Shown: piece by piece, positions 19,389 to 29,360 of the stretch
How the letters are laid out: each line of letters starts with the position of its first letter
Numbering within the stretch: the stretch's first letter is position 1
Source of the DNA: Pseudothermotoga sp.
Lineage (GTDB): Bacteria > Thermotogota > Thermotogae > Thermotogales > DSM-5069
Length of the DNA: 64,000 bases
Reading direction: 5' to 3' (one strand)
NCBI GenBank assembly: GCA_031962025.1
Contig: JAVRKW010000001.1
The notes under the pieces: model-generated
What the model was told of the DNA's origin: nothing
Seen by the model: the letters and a program-made list of their open reading frames with translations, nothing else
Database searches by the model: none
Position numbers and translations under genes: made by a program

Positions 19389-20363
19389 TCATTGATGAAC
19401 AGATTTATGGTACAGAAAACAGGCAACAGAATGATCTTTTTTGATCTCTATCAAAGCAGGACGTGCATCTTTGCATTCAGTCATTCTGAACTGACAGCGG
19501 TCGAAAAAAGGACACCCGGCTGGCAAATTGATCAGTGATGGGATTTCACTTACATCTATTGTCAACTTCATTTTCTTTTCCGGATCCGGTATGGGTATGG
19601 AGTTGAACAACAGCTGTGTGTAAGGATGGAGCATATTACTGACTACTGAATCTGTTTTTCCCATTTCAACTATCTGCCCAAGATACATGACTGCTATCCT
19701 GTCACTTAGAAATTTGATCACAGACAGATCGTGAGATATGAACATGTAAGTGAGATTCAACTCTTCTTTCAGTTTTTTGAGCAGGTTCATTATCTGAGCC
19801 TGGACAGAAACATCAAGTGCCGAGGTTGGTTCATCAAGTACGATGAATTTTGGCTTTGTTATTATGGCGCGGGCAATTGCTATCCTCTGCCTCTGCCCAC
19901 CGGAAAACTCATGCGGAAATCTACCAACATGCTCGGATTTCAAGCCCACACTCTCCAGCGTATTCATGATTAAAGATCTCTCCTGGGCTTTCGGGAGTTT
20001 CTGGTGAATTCTTATCGGTCGCGCGAGTATGTCATAGACGGTCATGCGTGGGTTCAGTGAGGAAAATGGATCCTGAAAAACTATCTGCATGTTACGTCGA
20101 AATTGGCGGAATTCTTTTTCAGGTAGATCTGTTATGTTGATTCCATTGAAGATTATTTCACCACCATCTGGTTTCTGTAACCTTATCACAGTTCTACCGA
20201 GTGTTGTTTTACCGCATCCAGATTCACCAACAACACCAAGCGTTTCACCTTCATTCAAATCAAATGAAACCTCATTCAGAGGCTTGATTAAAAAGTGTTT
20301 GCCAAAAAATCCTTTTTTTACTGAAAAGGTCTTTACCAGTTTTCTAACCTTCAGGATTTCCAA
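19389..20363 (-). CDS. oppF: Oligopeptide/dipeptide ABC ATPase (OppF/DppF)
   Basis: GESGCGKTT, FQDPFSSLNPR, FSGGQRQR, LDEPTSALD, C-terminal Cys domain. Confidence 0.93.
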   Translation of the reverse strand: MEILKVRKLVKTFSVKKGFFGKHFLIKPLNEVSFDLNEGETLGVVGESGCGKTTLGRTVIRLQKPDGGEIIFNGINITDLPEKEFRQFRRNMQIVFQDPFSSLNPRMTVYDILARPIRIHQKLPKAQERSLIMNTLESVGLKSEHVGRFPHEFSGGQRQRIAIARAIITKPKFIVLDEPTSALDVSVQAQIMNLLKKLKEELNLTYMFISHDLSVIKFLSDRIAVMYLGQIVEMGKTDSVVSNMLHPYTQLLFNSIPIPDPEKKMKLTIDVSEIPSLINLPAGCPFFDRCQFRMTECKDARPALIEIKKDHSVACFLYHKSVHQ

Positions 20364-21352
20364 TTTTGGTCACCACCGCTGTACGGATTAAAGCAGGCAA
20401 CTTTGTGATTTGAACCTGTAAGCTCTGGAACCTTGTTATCACACAGACCCTTTACGAACCTCTCACAGCGAGGGTGAAAACGACAGCCGCCTGGAGGATC
20501 TATCAGGTTCGGGACACTACCTTCGATCACTTTGAGCTGGCTTACCTTGCTATCAACAGGTGGTATAGCACTCAGAAGCCCTCTTGTATATGGATGCAAA
20601 GGTCTTTGAAATATCTCTTTAACTTCGGCAAATTCGATAATATATCCGGCATACATGACCGCTACCTTATCGCAAATCTGTGCCACAACACCGAAATTAT
20701 GGGTGATGATCAGGACACTCAGTCCAAGTTCCTGATTCATTTTTCTCAACAGGCTCAAAATCTGAGCTTGGATGGTAACATCCAGTGCAGTAGTTGCCTC
20801 ATCTGCAATCAACAACTTTGGATTGCATACCAATGCCATTGCGATCATTACTCTCTGTCTCATTCCACCAGATAACTGATGTGGATATTTGCTTAAAAGA
20901 GATTCAGGATCCTGCATTCTCACCAGTTTAAATGTCTCTATGGCTTTTGAGATAGCCTCCTGCTTGCTGACATTTGTATGAGTCATGATCACATCGCAAA
21001 TTTGTTCACCAATGGTAAATGTTGGGTTGAGCGAAGTCATCGGCTCCTGAAAGATCATTGATATCTTCTTGCCACGGATTTGAGTCATTTCCTGCTCTGA
21101 TAATTTGTTAATCTCCTGACCATCGAACCAGATCTTCCCACCAAGATATCTCGCTGGCGGTGTAGGTATTAACTTCAATATGCTCATAGCTGTGATTGAT
21201 TTTCCACTGCCTGTTTCTCCAACGATACCGACGATTTCACCTTTGTTGACCGTTAAGTTGACATCCTCTATGGCTTTTACGGTGCCTTCTTCGGTGTCGA
21301 AGTATAACCGAAGGTTCTCTATTTTCAGTAACTCTCCCATCTTTTGTGTCAC
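20351..21352 (-). CDS. oppD: Oligopeptide/dipeptide ABC ATPase (OppD/DppD)
   Basis: [34 protein letters not shown]. Confidence 0.93.
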   Translation of the reverse strand: MTQKMGELLKIENLRLYFDTEEGTVKAIEDVNLTVNKGEIVGIVGETGSGKSITAMSILKLIPTPPARYLGGKIWFDGQEINKLSEQEMTQIRGKKISMIFQEPMTSLNPTFTIGEQICDVIMTHTNVSKQEAISKAIETFKLVRMQDPESLLSKYPHQLSGGMRQRVMIAMALVCNPKLLIADEATTALDVTIQAQILSLLRKMNQELGLSVLIITHNFGVVAQICDKVAVMYAGYIIEFAEVKEIFQRPLHPYTRGLLSAIPPVDSKVSQLKVIEGSVPNLIDPPGGCRFHPRCERFVKGLCDNKVPELTGSNHKVACFNPYSGGDQNWKS

Positions 21353-22206
21353 CTGTCCTTCAATCTTGGATTCAAAGCGTCGTTAAGTCCATCTCCAAAC
21401 AAATTAAATCCCATCACCGTCAAGAACAGTGCAATACCCGGGAAAATACCCAGATGAGGTGCTATTTCCAGATAAACCCTTGCCATCGCGAGATCTGTTC
21501 CCCATTCCGCTTCTGGTGGTTTGACTCCTAATCCAAGGAAACTCAATCCAGATATTGTCAATATAGCTGTTGCCATTCTAAGGGTAGCCTGTACAATTAT
21601 CGGTGCCAACGCGTTTGGCACGACATATCTGATCAATATTGACATATTTGATTCTCCTATAGCTTTGGCTGCTTCTATGTATTCGTTATTCTTGACCGTT
21701 AAAACAGAGGCTCTCATAACTCTTGCAAACTGGGGAAATGAATAGACAGCGATAGCTATGATCAGATTAGATTTGCCAGGTCCCAATGCCGCGACGATGG
21801 CTATGGCAAGGAGTATGTCCGGGAATGCCATCAATATGTCTAAGAATCTCATTAAAACCTCATCGATGACTCCACCAAAATACCCGGCGAGCGTTCCTGC
21901 TATTGCACCCATGAAGATTGCAATTATCACGGACAAAAAAGAAATAGATACAGATGTTCTTGCACCGTAGATTAACCTACTCAACACATCTCTTCCGAAG
22001 ATATCGGTGCCAAATGGATGACGTAAAGATGGTCCCTCAAGACTCGAGAGCAGATCCTGCTTGTACGGATCGTATGGTGCTATTAAAGGTGCCGCAAGAG
22101 CAATGATTATAATTGCAAATACAATGAACATACCAATCAACGCACCCTTGTTTTTGCTTATTCGCTTGAATGTAATCGCCAGTGAACTTTTTCTTGGCAT
22201 ATTCAA
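21349..22206 (-). CDS. oppC: Peptide ABC permease (OppC/DppC)
   Basis: HPFGTDIFGRD, EYIEAAKAIG, LSFLGLG. Confidence 0.93.
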   Translation of the reverse strand: MNMPRKSSLAITFKRISKNKGALIGMFIVFAIIIIALAAPLIAPYDPYKQDLLSSLEGPSLRHPFGTDIFGRDVLSRLIYGARTSVSISFLSVIIAIFMGAIAGTLAGYFGGVIDEVLMRFLDILMAFPDILLAIAIVAALGPGKSNLIIAIAVYSFPQFARVMRASVLTVKNNEYIEAAKAIGESNMSILIRYVVPNALAPIIVQATLRMATAILTISGLSFLGLGVKPPEAEWGTDLAMARVYLEIAPHLGIFPGIALFLTVMGFNLFGDGLNDALNPRLKDR

Positions 22207-23120
22207 CCCCGCCTCAATCTCGGATCAACCAGTGCATATAGAATATCGACAAACAAGTTTACTAAGACGAAGGACATAGCTATTACCATTATTCCAACCT
22301 GAACGGCTATATAGTCGCGATTGAAAATGGAATCCACAACATACCTGCCAAGCCCGGGCCAGCCGAATACACTCTCGGTCAGCACGGCACCACCGAGAAG
22401 ATAACCAAACTGCAACCCGATAACCGTTATTATTGGAATAAGGGCATTTCTCAAAACGTACTTGTACACAATTTTTCTTCTTGCCAGGCCGAACGCCTTG
22501 GCTGTTCTCACATAATCCTGGTTGAGAACCTCAAGCATACTGGCACGTGTCATTCTTGCTATTATGGCTGATGTTGCAAGACCAAGTGTTATAGCAGGAA
22601 GAATTATGTGTTCGATTCCTCCTTTACCGCCAGATGGCAGCCAGCCAAGAGTAACAGAAAAAGTGATTATCAATAAGATGCCCAACCAAAAAATGGGCAT
22701 AGAGACACCAATTAGAGAGAAGAACATGGCAAAACTATCGATCCACGTATTTCTCCGCACTGCGGAAACAATACCAAGCGAGATGCCTATTATTGAAGAG
22801 ATAATTATACTTACTAAAGCAAGCTGAACAGTATTGAGAAATCTCGGTGAGATTTCCTTCAAAATCGGTCTTTCAGTTTTTATAGATCTCAAATCATTTG
22901 TCAAAATTCCCTGCATAAATCTGAAGTATTGTTCAATCAAGGGTTTATTCAAACCGTATTTGTTACGTATCGCTTCGATGTCTTCTTTTGTTGCGCCTTC
23001 TCCAGCTATGATCCGGGCTGGATCACCAGGTATCATGTGCATTATCGAAAAAGATATTATTGAAACTCCAATTATTACTGGTATCAGAAGTAGTAATCTT
23101 CGCGTGATGAACTTGATCAC
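22203..23120 (-). CDS. oppB: Peptide ABC permease (OppB/DppB); start refined to GTG 23120
   Basis: IPGDPA, YGLNKPLIEQY, DYVRTAKAFG, ESVFGWPGLG; GGGGTG SD. Confidence 0.93.
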   Translation of the reverse strand: MIKFITRRLLLLIPVIIGVSIISFSIMHMIPGDPARIIAGEGATKEDIEAIRNKYGLNKPLIEQYFRFMQGILTNDLRSIKTERPILKEISPRFLNTVQLALVSIIISSIIGISLGIVSAVRRNTWIDSFAMFFSLIGVSMPIFWLGILLIITFSVTLGWLPSGGKGGIEHIILPAITLGLATSAIIARMTRASMLEVLNQDYVRTAKAFGLARRKIVYKYVLRNALIPIITVIGLQFGYLLGGAVLTESVFGWPGLGRYVVDSIFNRDYIAVQVGIMVIAMSFVLVNLFVDILYALVDPRLRRG

Positions 23121-23125
23121 CTGTA

Positions 23126-23162
23126 ACACCCCACAGACACTGGGGTGTGCTGACACACCCCA
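23126..23162 (-). promoter_or_regulatory. Two mutually exclusive hairpins overlapping the oppB Shine-Dalgarno
   Basis: mRNA sense TGGGGTGTG-TCAG-CACACCCCA-GTGTCTG-TGGGGTGT-TACAG-GTG. Confidence 0.6.
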
Positions 23163-23168
23163 TAAAAT

Positions 23169-24719
23169 TCACTGATCAACCCAAGTATACATCATGTCAA
23201 AACGTTCGGTGGGGTAGATCTTCAGATCTTTGATTTCTTTACGCATAACTGTGGCGATTTTCATTTCATATAGAAATATCGCAGGAGCGTCCTGAACAAT
23301 TGTTTTTTGCGCCTGAGCATAATATTCCATCAATTTCTTTTCATCGAGTTCGGTACCGATTTTGTCTATGAGTTCATCGACTTTTGGATTGCTGTAGAAA
23401 AAATTGTTGTATTTTGCAGTGCCTTGAGGATTACCCACCTGATTCGACGAATGGAAAAGCGGGAACAGCACCCAATGACCTTCAGCGGTACCGGGAGCCC
23501 AGCCAAGCAAGAACATCTGATAATCCCAATCTTCTGGTTTGTTGGAGAGTATTTTTGCCACATAGGTACCCCATTCCATAGGTTTAACATCAAGAGTTAT
23601 ACCTATTTCTTTGAACATTCCCTGCAGTGCTACAGCAGTCTCATAGTCGTTCAAGTATCTTCCTTTCGGAGTAATGAGTTCTAGTTTTAAGCCGTTATAA
23701 CCGGCTTCTTTCAACAGTTGCCTGGCTTTCTGAGGATCATAGGGATACAGACCTGTAGAAACATAGCCGTAAGTGATGCTCGATAAAGGTGAATCAGATG
23801 GTCGAGCCATATCTCTCATGATGACCTTGCAGAGTTTTTCTCTGTCAATAGCGTAATTGAGCGCCTGTCTGACCCTTACATCATTCAAAGGAGATATGCG
23901 ACTGTTAATGCCTATGTAGATCACTCTCACAGTTGGTATGGTTTTCACAATTAATCTCGAATCCTGTTCCAGAGACGGGATTAATGCCGGAGGAGGGTTG
24001 TACATAACATCTGCATCAGCTGCTCTAACCTGGGTGACACGAGAAACATCTTCAGAAACAACGGAAAAGGTTATTCTATCCAGGTACGGTAATCCTTCTC
24101 GCCAATAATTTGGATTTCTTACCAACTCGATTCTTTCTCCTACTTTCCATTCTTTGAAAACAAATGGTCCGGTTCCAACAGGATTTCTTCCAAAAACAGC
24201 CGGATCGTTACCATACTTTTCAATAGCTTTTGGTGAAAGAATCCAGGCTGCAGAAGAAGTTGCCAATCGATATAGTATTGGAGTATAAGGTTGAAAGAGC
24301 TTGAATTTAACTGTGTAATCGTCCAGTACCTGAACTTCTTTGATGATACCTTTGAACATACCAACATTTCTCAGAGACGAGTTGAGAACATAATCAAAAT
24401 GCTTTTTAACTGCGTAGGCGTTGAAATCTTCACCGTCGTGGAATTTGACACCTTTTCTCAGATAAAACACGTAGGCGGTCCCGTTCTCCTGAATTTCCCA
24501 CCGCTCGGCAAGGCGTGGTATGATCTTTAAGTTTTCATCAACATCGATGAGTCCCTCGAGGATATGACTTGCGATTATGTTGCTTATTGAGTCTGGAATA
24601 TTTGGTCCGAGCAGGGTTGTTGCGTCAACTCCGATCAAAAACCTGAGTGTTCCACCGTACTTGGCTGAAAAACTAAAAACAGCAAAAAGCAACAAAACGG
24701 CTAACACAGCTTTCCTCAC
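23169..24719 (-). CDS. Peptide ABC substrate-binding protein, family 5 (copy 2); start refined to GTG 24719
   Basis: Signal peptide, KYGGTL, LRKGVKFHDG, PVGTGPF, DVRVRQALNYAID; GGAGGTG SD. Confidence 0.93.
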   Translation of the reverse strand: MRKAVLAVLLLFAVFSFSAKYGGTLRFLIGVDATTLLGPNIPDSISNIIASHILEGLIDVDENLKIIPRLAERWEIQENGTAYVFYLRKGVKFHDGEDFNAYAVKKHFDYVLNSSLRNVGMFKGIIKEVQVLDDYTVKFKLFQPYTPILYRLATSSAAWILSPKAIEKYGNDPAVFGRNPVGTGPFVFKEWKVGERIELVRNPNYWREGLPYLDRITFSVVSEDVSRVTQVRAADADVMYNPPPALIPSLEQDSRLIVKTIPTVRVIYIGINSRISPLNDVRVRQALNYAIDREKLCKVIMRDMARPSDSPLSSITYGYVSTGLYPYDPQKARQLLKEAGYNGLKLELITPKGRYLNDYETAVALQGMFKEIGITLDVKPMEWGTYVAKILSNKPEDWDYQMFLLGWAPGTAEGHWVLFPLFHSSNQVGNPQGTAKYNNFFYSNPKVDELIDKIGTELDEKKLMEYYAQAQKTIVQDAPAIFLYEMKIATVMRKEIKDLKIYPTERFDMMYTWVDQ

Positions 24720-24755
24720 CAGTTTCACCTCCTTTGTGCGGTTTATTTGAATGGA

Positions 24756-24784
24756 ATTCTACCATGATCAAGAATTATTGTCAA
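24756..24784 (-). promoter_or_regulatory. Sigma70 promoter of binding protein 2 / oppBCDF operon
   Basis: TTGACA-17 nt-TAGAAT with TG extension. Confidence 0.8.
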
Positions 24785-24884
24785 TGAGTTTTAGAGGTTG
24801 TATAAATTTGATAAACAAAAATTTGTGTATTAATAAAAGGGATGGATGAAAAGGGATGGTAAAATCTGGTGGGAAGATTAAAAT

Positions 24885-24916
24885 AAAAAATGAGTGTGGC
24901 TTATGCCACACTCATT
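24885..24916 (-). terminator. Intrinsic terminator after binding protein 1
   Basis: AATGAGTGTGGC-ATAA-GCCACACTCATT running into a T-tract. Confidence 0.9.
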
Positions 24917-24918
24917 GA

Positions 24919-26457
24919 TCATTTATCGAACCAGGCGTATTTAACAATTACAAACTCTGTTGGCAATATCCAAACATCTTTGAGTTCTTTTCTAAATGCT
25001 ACGACATTAGCCATGTTATACAAAAATATCCATGGAGCATCCTGAACTATCAACTTTTGCACCTGGGCATAATACTGTGTCAACTTGTTTCTATCAAGTT
25101 CAAAACCTATTTTGGTGATCAGATCATCTACTGTGGGGTTACTGTACAGGGCAAAATTGTCTCCTGTGCCGTTTGGTTTGATGTTGTCTGAGTGGAATAG
25201 TGGATATAAAACCCAGTGACCTTCACCGGTGGATGGAGCCCATCCAAGCAGGAACAATTCGTAGCTCAAATTGTCAGGGTTATCCAAAAAGTTGAGATAT
25301 GTAGCCCATTCCATTGGTTTAACATCTACAGTTACTCCAACTTCTTTGAGCATACCCTGAACGGCAATGGCAACTTCGTAATCATTCAGATATCTACCCT
25401 TGGGAGTGATCAGTTCCAGTTTTAGATTTTCCTGACCTGCTTCTTTTAGAAGTTGTCTGGCTTTCTGTGGATCATAGGGATAGCCGCCTGTTGGTGCGTA
25501 ACCAACGGTGTACTTTGAGAGCGGTGAATCAGATGGAATAGCGAGATTCTTCATGATTGCAGAGCAAAGTTTACTCTTGTCGATTGCATAATTCAGTGCC
25601 TGTCTAACGCGCACATCGTTGAGCGGAGCCTTTCTGATATTCATACCTATGTAGATTACCCTCAGACTCGGTTCAATTCTGACATTGAGCCTATCGTCTT
25701 TTTGCAAGGTTGGTACTAAAGCAGGTGGTGGATTGAACATCACATCAGCATCACCGGCTCTCAACTGGTTCACTCGAGTCACATCCTCAGGTATTATCGT
25801 GAAAACGATTCCATCCAGATAAGGCTGACCCTGTCTCCAGTAGTTTGGATTTTTCACTAATTCTATTCTCTCGCCTACTTTCCATTCTTTGAGCATAAAT
25901 GGACCTGTTCCCACAGCCATCCTGCCCAGTTTACCCGGATCTGAGCCAAACTCATCTATTGCCTTTGGAGAAGCGATGAGTGCACCCTCATGCGCGAGCC
26001 TGTAAAGAAATGGTGAAAATGGTTTTTCCAGTATGAAATTCACAGTGTAATCATCTACAACCTCAATTGTCTTGATAATCCCTTTGAACAGACCTGTTCT
26101 TCTCAAATTGTTGTTTAATACATAATCATAGTATTTTTTTACTGCCTGAGCGTTGAAATCTGCTCCGTCGTGGAATTTGACACCTTTTCTCAGATAAAAA
26201 GTGTAGACTGTTCCATCACTGGAGACTTCCCAGCGTTCTGCAAGTGCCGGCATTAAATTCAGTTTTTCATCAAATTCGACAAGACCCTCAAAGATATGTC
26301 TACAAACAGTCCCACTGATGTTGTCAGTCTGGTTTGCAGGTAACAAACTTACAGCATCGGCACCCATGACAAATCTCAATGTCCCGCCGTACTTAGCTGC
26401 AAAACTAAAAACGGCAACTGTCGCCAGAAAAAATACCACAAACCTTTTCATACTCAT
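24919..26457 (-). CDS. Peptide/glutathione ABC substrate-binding protein, family 5 (copy 1)
   Basis: Paralog of copy 2 with the same motifs; own promoter and terminator. Confidence 0.93.
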   Translation of the reverse strand: MSMKRFVVFFLATVAVFSFAAKYGGTLRFVMGADAVSLLPANQTDNISGTVCRHIFEGLVEFDEKLNLMPALAERWEVSSDGTVYTFYLRKGVKFHDGADFNAQAVKKYYDYVLNNNLRRTGLFKGIIKTIEVVDDYTVNFILEKPFSPFLYRLAHEGALIASPKAIDEFGSDPGKLGRMAVGTGPFMLKEWKVGERIELVKNPNYWRQGQPYLDGIVFTIIPEDVTRVNQLRAGDADVMFNPPPALVPTLQKDDRLNVRIEPSLRVIYIGMNIRKAPLNDVRVRQALNYAIDKSKLCSAIMKNLAIPSDSPLSKYTVGYAPTGGYPYDPQKARQLLKEAGQENLKLELITPKGRYLNDYEVAIAVQGMLKEVGVTVDVKPMEWATYLNFLDNPDNLSYELFLLGWAPSTGEGHWVLYPLFHSDNIKPNGTGDNFALYSNPTVDDLITKIGFELDRNKLTQYYAQVQKLIVQDAPWIFLYNMANVVAFRKELKDVWILPTEFVIVKYAWFDK

Positions 26458-26484
26458 ACACCCCCTTGTGAGATCTTAATGAAA

Positions 26485-26515
26485 ATTATAACACTTGAAC
26501 AGGTGTTAAAGTCAA
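26485..26515 (-). promoter_or_regulatory. Promoter with 19-nt spacer containing a dyad operator
   Basis: TTGACT-19 nt-TATAAT; dyad TAACACTTG-AA-CAGGTGTTA (26489-26508). Confidence 0.6.
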
Positions 26516-26572
26516 ATTAACTATCAGAAGATCAAACTCAATTGGTGCAAAATATATCTGGAGGTGTTTTAA

Positions 26573-27076
26573 ATGAAAATACCACTGAAAGCTTTGATTT
26601 ATCTGGCTGTTTTTTCTGTACTCCACTTTGGTTATGAGCTGCTAAAATGGCCTTTACTAATGATATTTTGCGGTACAGATGAATCTGTTTTTGAGCATCT
26701 CAAAATGGGATTTTGGGCTTATCTAATCACAGGACTAATTGAATATTTTTTCTGGCGGAATAAGATTCAGCTGAAGAATTTCTGGTATTCACGAATTTTT
26801 TCAGCAACACTCGTTCCTTGGTTCATTGTGATCATCTGGTACATGGCTGGACATTTCGAATCAATTGCCATTGAATTGATCTGGGCATTTGCAGTTACTT
26901 TCCTTTCAGCGATTATGGGATCTTTTGTCGAAAGAAATATTCAAATGACTTCTTTAACAAAAGAGTTCAAAATGATCATCATTGTGATATTCCTTCTCTC
27001 AATAGTGTTTTATACAAGATTTTCGTTTTCAAAACCGTGGATTGATCTTTTTGTCAATCCTGAAAGTATGGGCTAA
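26573..27076 (+). CDS. Small integral membrane protein (DUF6512-like)
   Basis: LHFGYE, ESVFEHLKM motif, about 5 TM helices; GGAGG RBS. Confidence 0.7.
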   Translation: MKIPLKALIYLAVFSVLHFGYELLKWPLLMIFCGTDESVFEHLKMGFWAYLITGLIEYFFWRNKIQLKNFWYSRIFSATLVPWFIVIIWYMAGHFESIAIELIWAFAVTFLSAIMGSFVERNIQMTSLTKEFKMIIIVIFLLSIVFYTRFSFSKPWIDLFVNPESMG

Positions 27077-27181
27077 AAAGACCTTTTGTTCAACTAATTG
27101 TTTCACGCAGAATATAGATCATTAAATGGTTCTCGTTTAATATTTTTGTGTGTTTTTATCCTTTTCGTGGGAGGGAGAAAA

Positions 27182-28516
27182 GTGGAGAAGCTCTTTCACT
27201 TGAAAGAGAACGGTACTACTGTGCGAAGAGAAGTGGTAGCAGGTATTACTACCTTTCTCACAATGGCTTACATCGTTTTTGTAAACCCGTCTATTCTCAT
27301 CAACGTTATTCCTGGTGCTACACCTGGCAGTGACCTTTACACACAGTTTTTTGGCGCTTTCATGGTGGCAACGATCCTTGGTTCTGTAACAGCAACATTG
27401 ATCATGGGATTGTTCGCGAATTATCCGTTTGCTCTTGCGCCAGGAATGGGATTGAATGCATATTTTACCTTTACAGTATGTTTGAAAATGGGTATTGATT
27501 GGAAAGTCGCGCTCGCAGCTGTTTTCGTGGAAGGTCTAATATTTATCCTTTTAACCGTCACGGGTGCTCGTGGACTTGTGGTAAAGGCTGTACCGGATTC
27601 GGTGAAGCTGGCAACGGGTGCAGGTATAGGTCTGTTCATAGCATTCATAGGACTCAAAGGAGCTGGAATCGTCGTTGCCGATCCAGCAACTTTTGTGAGT
27701 TTAGGACATTTGAAAGATCCAAATGTGATAGTTGCAATAATTGGATTTTTTGTAATAGTCATGCTTTTTGCTCTGAAAGTGCCAGGAGCAATAATGATCG
27801 GGATACTCACCAGTACTTTGATAGGTGCATTGCCAGTTTTTGGAGTGACAAATTATCAAGGTATGATTGGTAAAATTCCCAGTATCACTCCTACATTCAT
27901 GAAAATGGATTTCAATCTTCAAGCTCTGGGCAGTGCTACATTCTGGATGGTCGTTTTCACATTCTTCTTTGTGGATTTTTTTGATACCCTTGGGACACTG
28001 ACGGGACTGGCGGAATCGGCAGGTTTCATGAAAAATGGAGATTTACCAAGATCATCCAAAGCGTATCTTGCGGATGCTGTTGGTACATCTGTTGGTGCAG
28101 TTTTTGGCACTTCAACTGTGACTACATACATAGAAAGCAGTGCAGGTATAGCCGAAGGAGGTAGAACTGGCTTGACTGCAGTCGTAGTTGCTGTTTTGAT
28201 GCTTTTGATGCTTTTCTTCTCGCCCCTTGCCATGACTGTACCGACAGCTGCAACTGCGCCAGCCTTGGTTTTTGTTGGTGTTTTGATGATTAAAACCCTA
28301 AAGAAAATCAACTGGGATGATATCACAGAAGCTGTACCAGCTTTTGTGACTCTGCTGATGATGCCATTGACTTATTCGATAGCCAACGGCATAGCCCTTG
28401 GAATAATCACATATCCTGTCGTAAAACTGTTCGGCAAAAAGGCAAAACAGGTTCACTGGTTGACATGGATCCTCGCTGCTGTTTTTGTCGTGTATCTGAT
28501 ATTTTTAAGAGAATGA
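27182..28516 (+). CDS. NCS2/AzgA-family purine permease; start refined to GTG 27182
   Basis: EVVAGITTFLTMAYIVFVNP, ALAPGMGLNAYF, DFFDTLGT, YIESSAG, GGRTG. Confidence 0.93.
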   Translation: MEKLFHLKENGTTVRREVVAGITTFLTMAYIVFVNPSILINVIPGATPGSDLYTQFFGAFMVATILGSVTATLIMGLFANYPFALAPGMGLNAYFTFTVCLKMGIDWKVALAAVFVEGLIFILLTVTGARGLVVKAVPDSVKLATGAGIGLFIAFIGLKGAGIVVADPATFVSLGHLKDPNVIVAIIGFFVIVMLFALKVPGAIMIGILTSTLIGALPVFGVTNYQGMIGKIPSITPTFMKMDFNLQALGSATFWMVVFTFFFVDFFDTLGTLTGLAESAGFMKNGDLPRSSKAYLADAVGTSVGAVFGTSTVTTYIESSAGIAEGGRTGLTAVVVAVLMLLMLFFSPLAMTVPTAATAPALVFVGVLMIKTLKKINWDDITEAVPAFVTLLMMPLTYSIANGIALGIITYPVVKLFGKKAKQVHWLTWILAAVFVVYLIFLRE

Positions 28517-28540
28517 AAGCGGGTGACTCCCGCTTTCATT
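28512..28540. terminator. Hairpin between convergent genes, with both stop codons in the stem
   Basis: AATGAAAGCGGG-TGACT-CCCGCTTTCATT. Confidence 0.75.
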
Positions 28541-29360
28541 TCAGTGATAAAAATCTTTCCCGGTGACCTGTGAGATATCCTACGACGATCTCGTTTAATT
28601 TTGGAAACCTTCCCACATCGGATCTGGTTCTCACCAGTACACTCGAACCGACTAAACCTATCACATCTGTGGCTTGCAGATTTTCTCCTTTATCAACTAT
28701 TCTATGAGTTTCTTTGGCGTTGTCTATGGAATCTGAGTAAATTATTCTCCCTTCTTTGATAATTCCAAGATGCGTGGCATATTCCTCGATTTCAAAGATC
28801 TCATGTGAACTGATCAGTATAGTTTTTCCCAAGTTGGCGTATTCTTTTAGCATATTCATTACTTCAAGCCTCACTGTGGGATCGAGATGTTGTGTTGGTT
28901 CATCGAGAATCAACAAATCAGCCTGGCTTGCAATGCACAGACCAACAAAGAAAATGGTTTTCATCCCGATGGAATATGATTCTACTTTTTGAGAAAGATC
29001 AAAACCGTATCTTGCAACGAAATTTGAAAATACGGTGTCATCCCATTCTGGATAGAGTTTAGACCACATCTGCACATAATCTTTTGCTGTGAAATTCCTG
29101 AAGACAGACCTTTCTTCAGAAACAACTGCTATTTTTTCCTTCAGTTGAGGTTCGCTGAAACTATCGTACTTTTTGCCAAAAAGCTGTATCTCTCCGGCAT
29201 CGATTTTCAGTGCACCGGTTATGCATCTTATCGTCGTTGTCTTACCAGCTCCATTCGGTCCCACCAATGCAAATACAGTTCCTTCATCGATGCTGAACGA
29301 TACATCACTTAAGACCTGTTTATTACCAAGCTGTTTTCTCAAGTGTTCAACAAGAATCAT
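28536..29360 (-). CDS. ABC exporter ATPase (YtrB-like)
   Basis: GPNGAGKTT, YSIGMK signature, ILDEPT, SSH. Confidence 0.9.
   Translation of the reverse strand: MILVEHLRKQLGNKQVLSDVSFSIDEGTVFALVGPNGAGKTTTIRCITGALKIDAGEIQLFGKKYDSFSEPQLKEKIAVVSEERSVFRNFTAKDYVQMWSKLYPEWDDTVFSNFVARYGFDLSQKVESYSIGMKTIFFVGLCIASQADLLILDEPTQHLDPTVRLEVMNMLKEYANLGKTILISSHEIFEIEEYATHLGIIKEGRIIYSDSIDNAKETHRIVDKGENLQATDVIGLVGSSVLVRTRSDVGRFPKLNEIVVGYLTGHRERFLSLK

Noticed and set aside
24801..24820. Partial match of the predicted TnpB guide to the region upstream of the opp promoter (minus strand TTTTGTTTATCAAATTTATA), suggesting TldR-like control
   Set aside because: Preceded by CAAAT rather than TTGAT, mismatch at guide position 7, AT-rich sequence makes chance matches likely, and the TnpB RuvC is intact
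27077..27181. Purine riboswitch upstream of the NCS2 permease
   Set aside because: No aptamer core (TTTCTACC / CCGTAAA) or expression platform is visible
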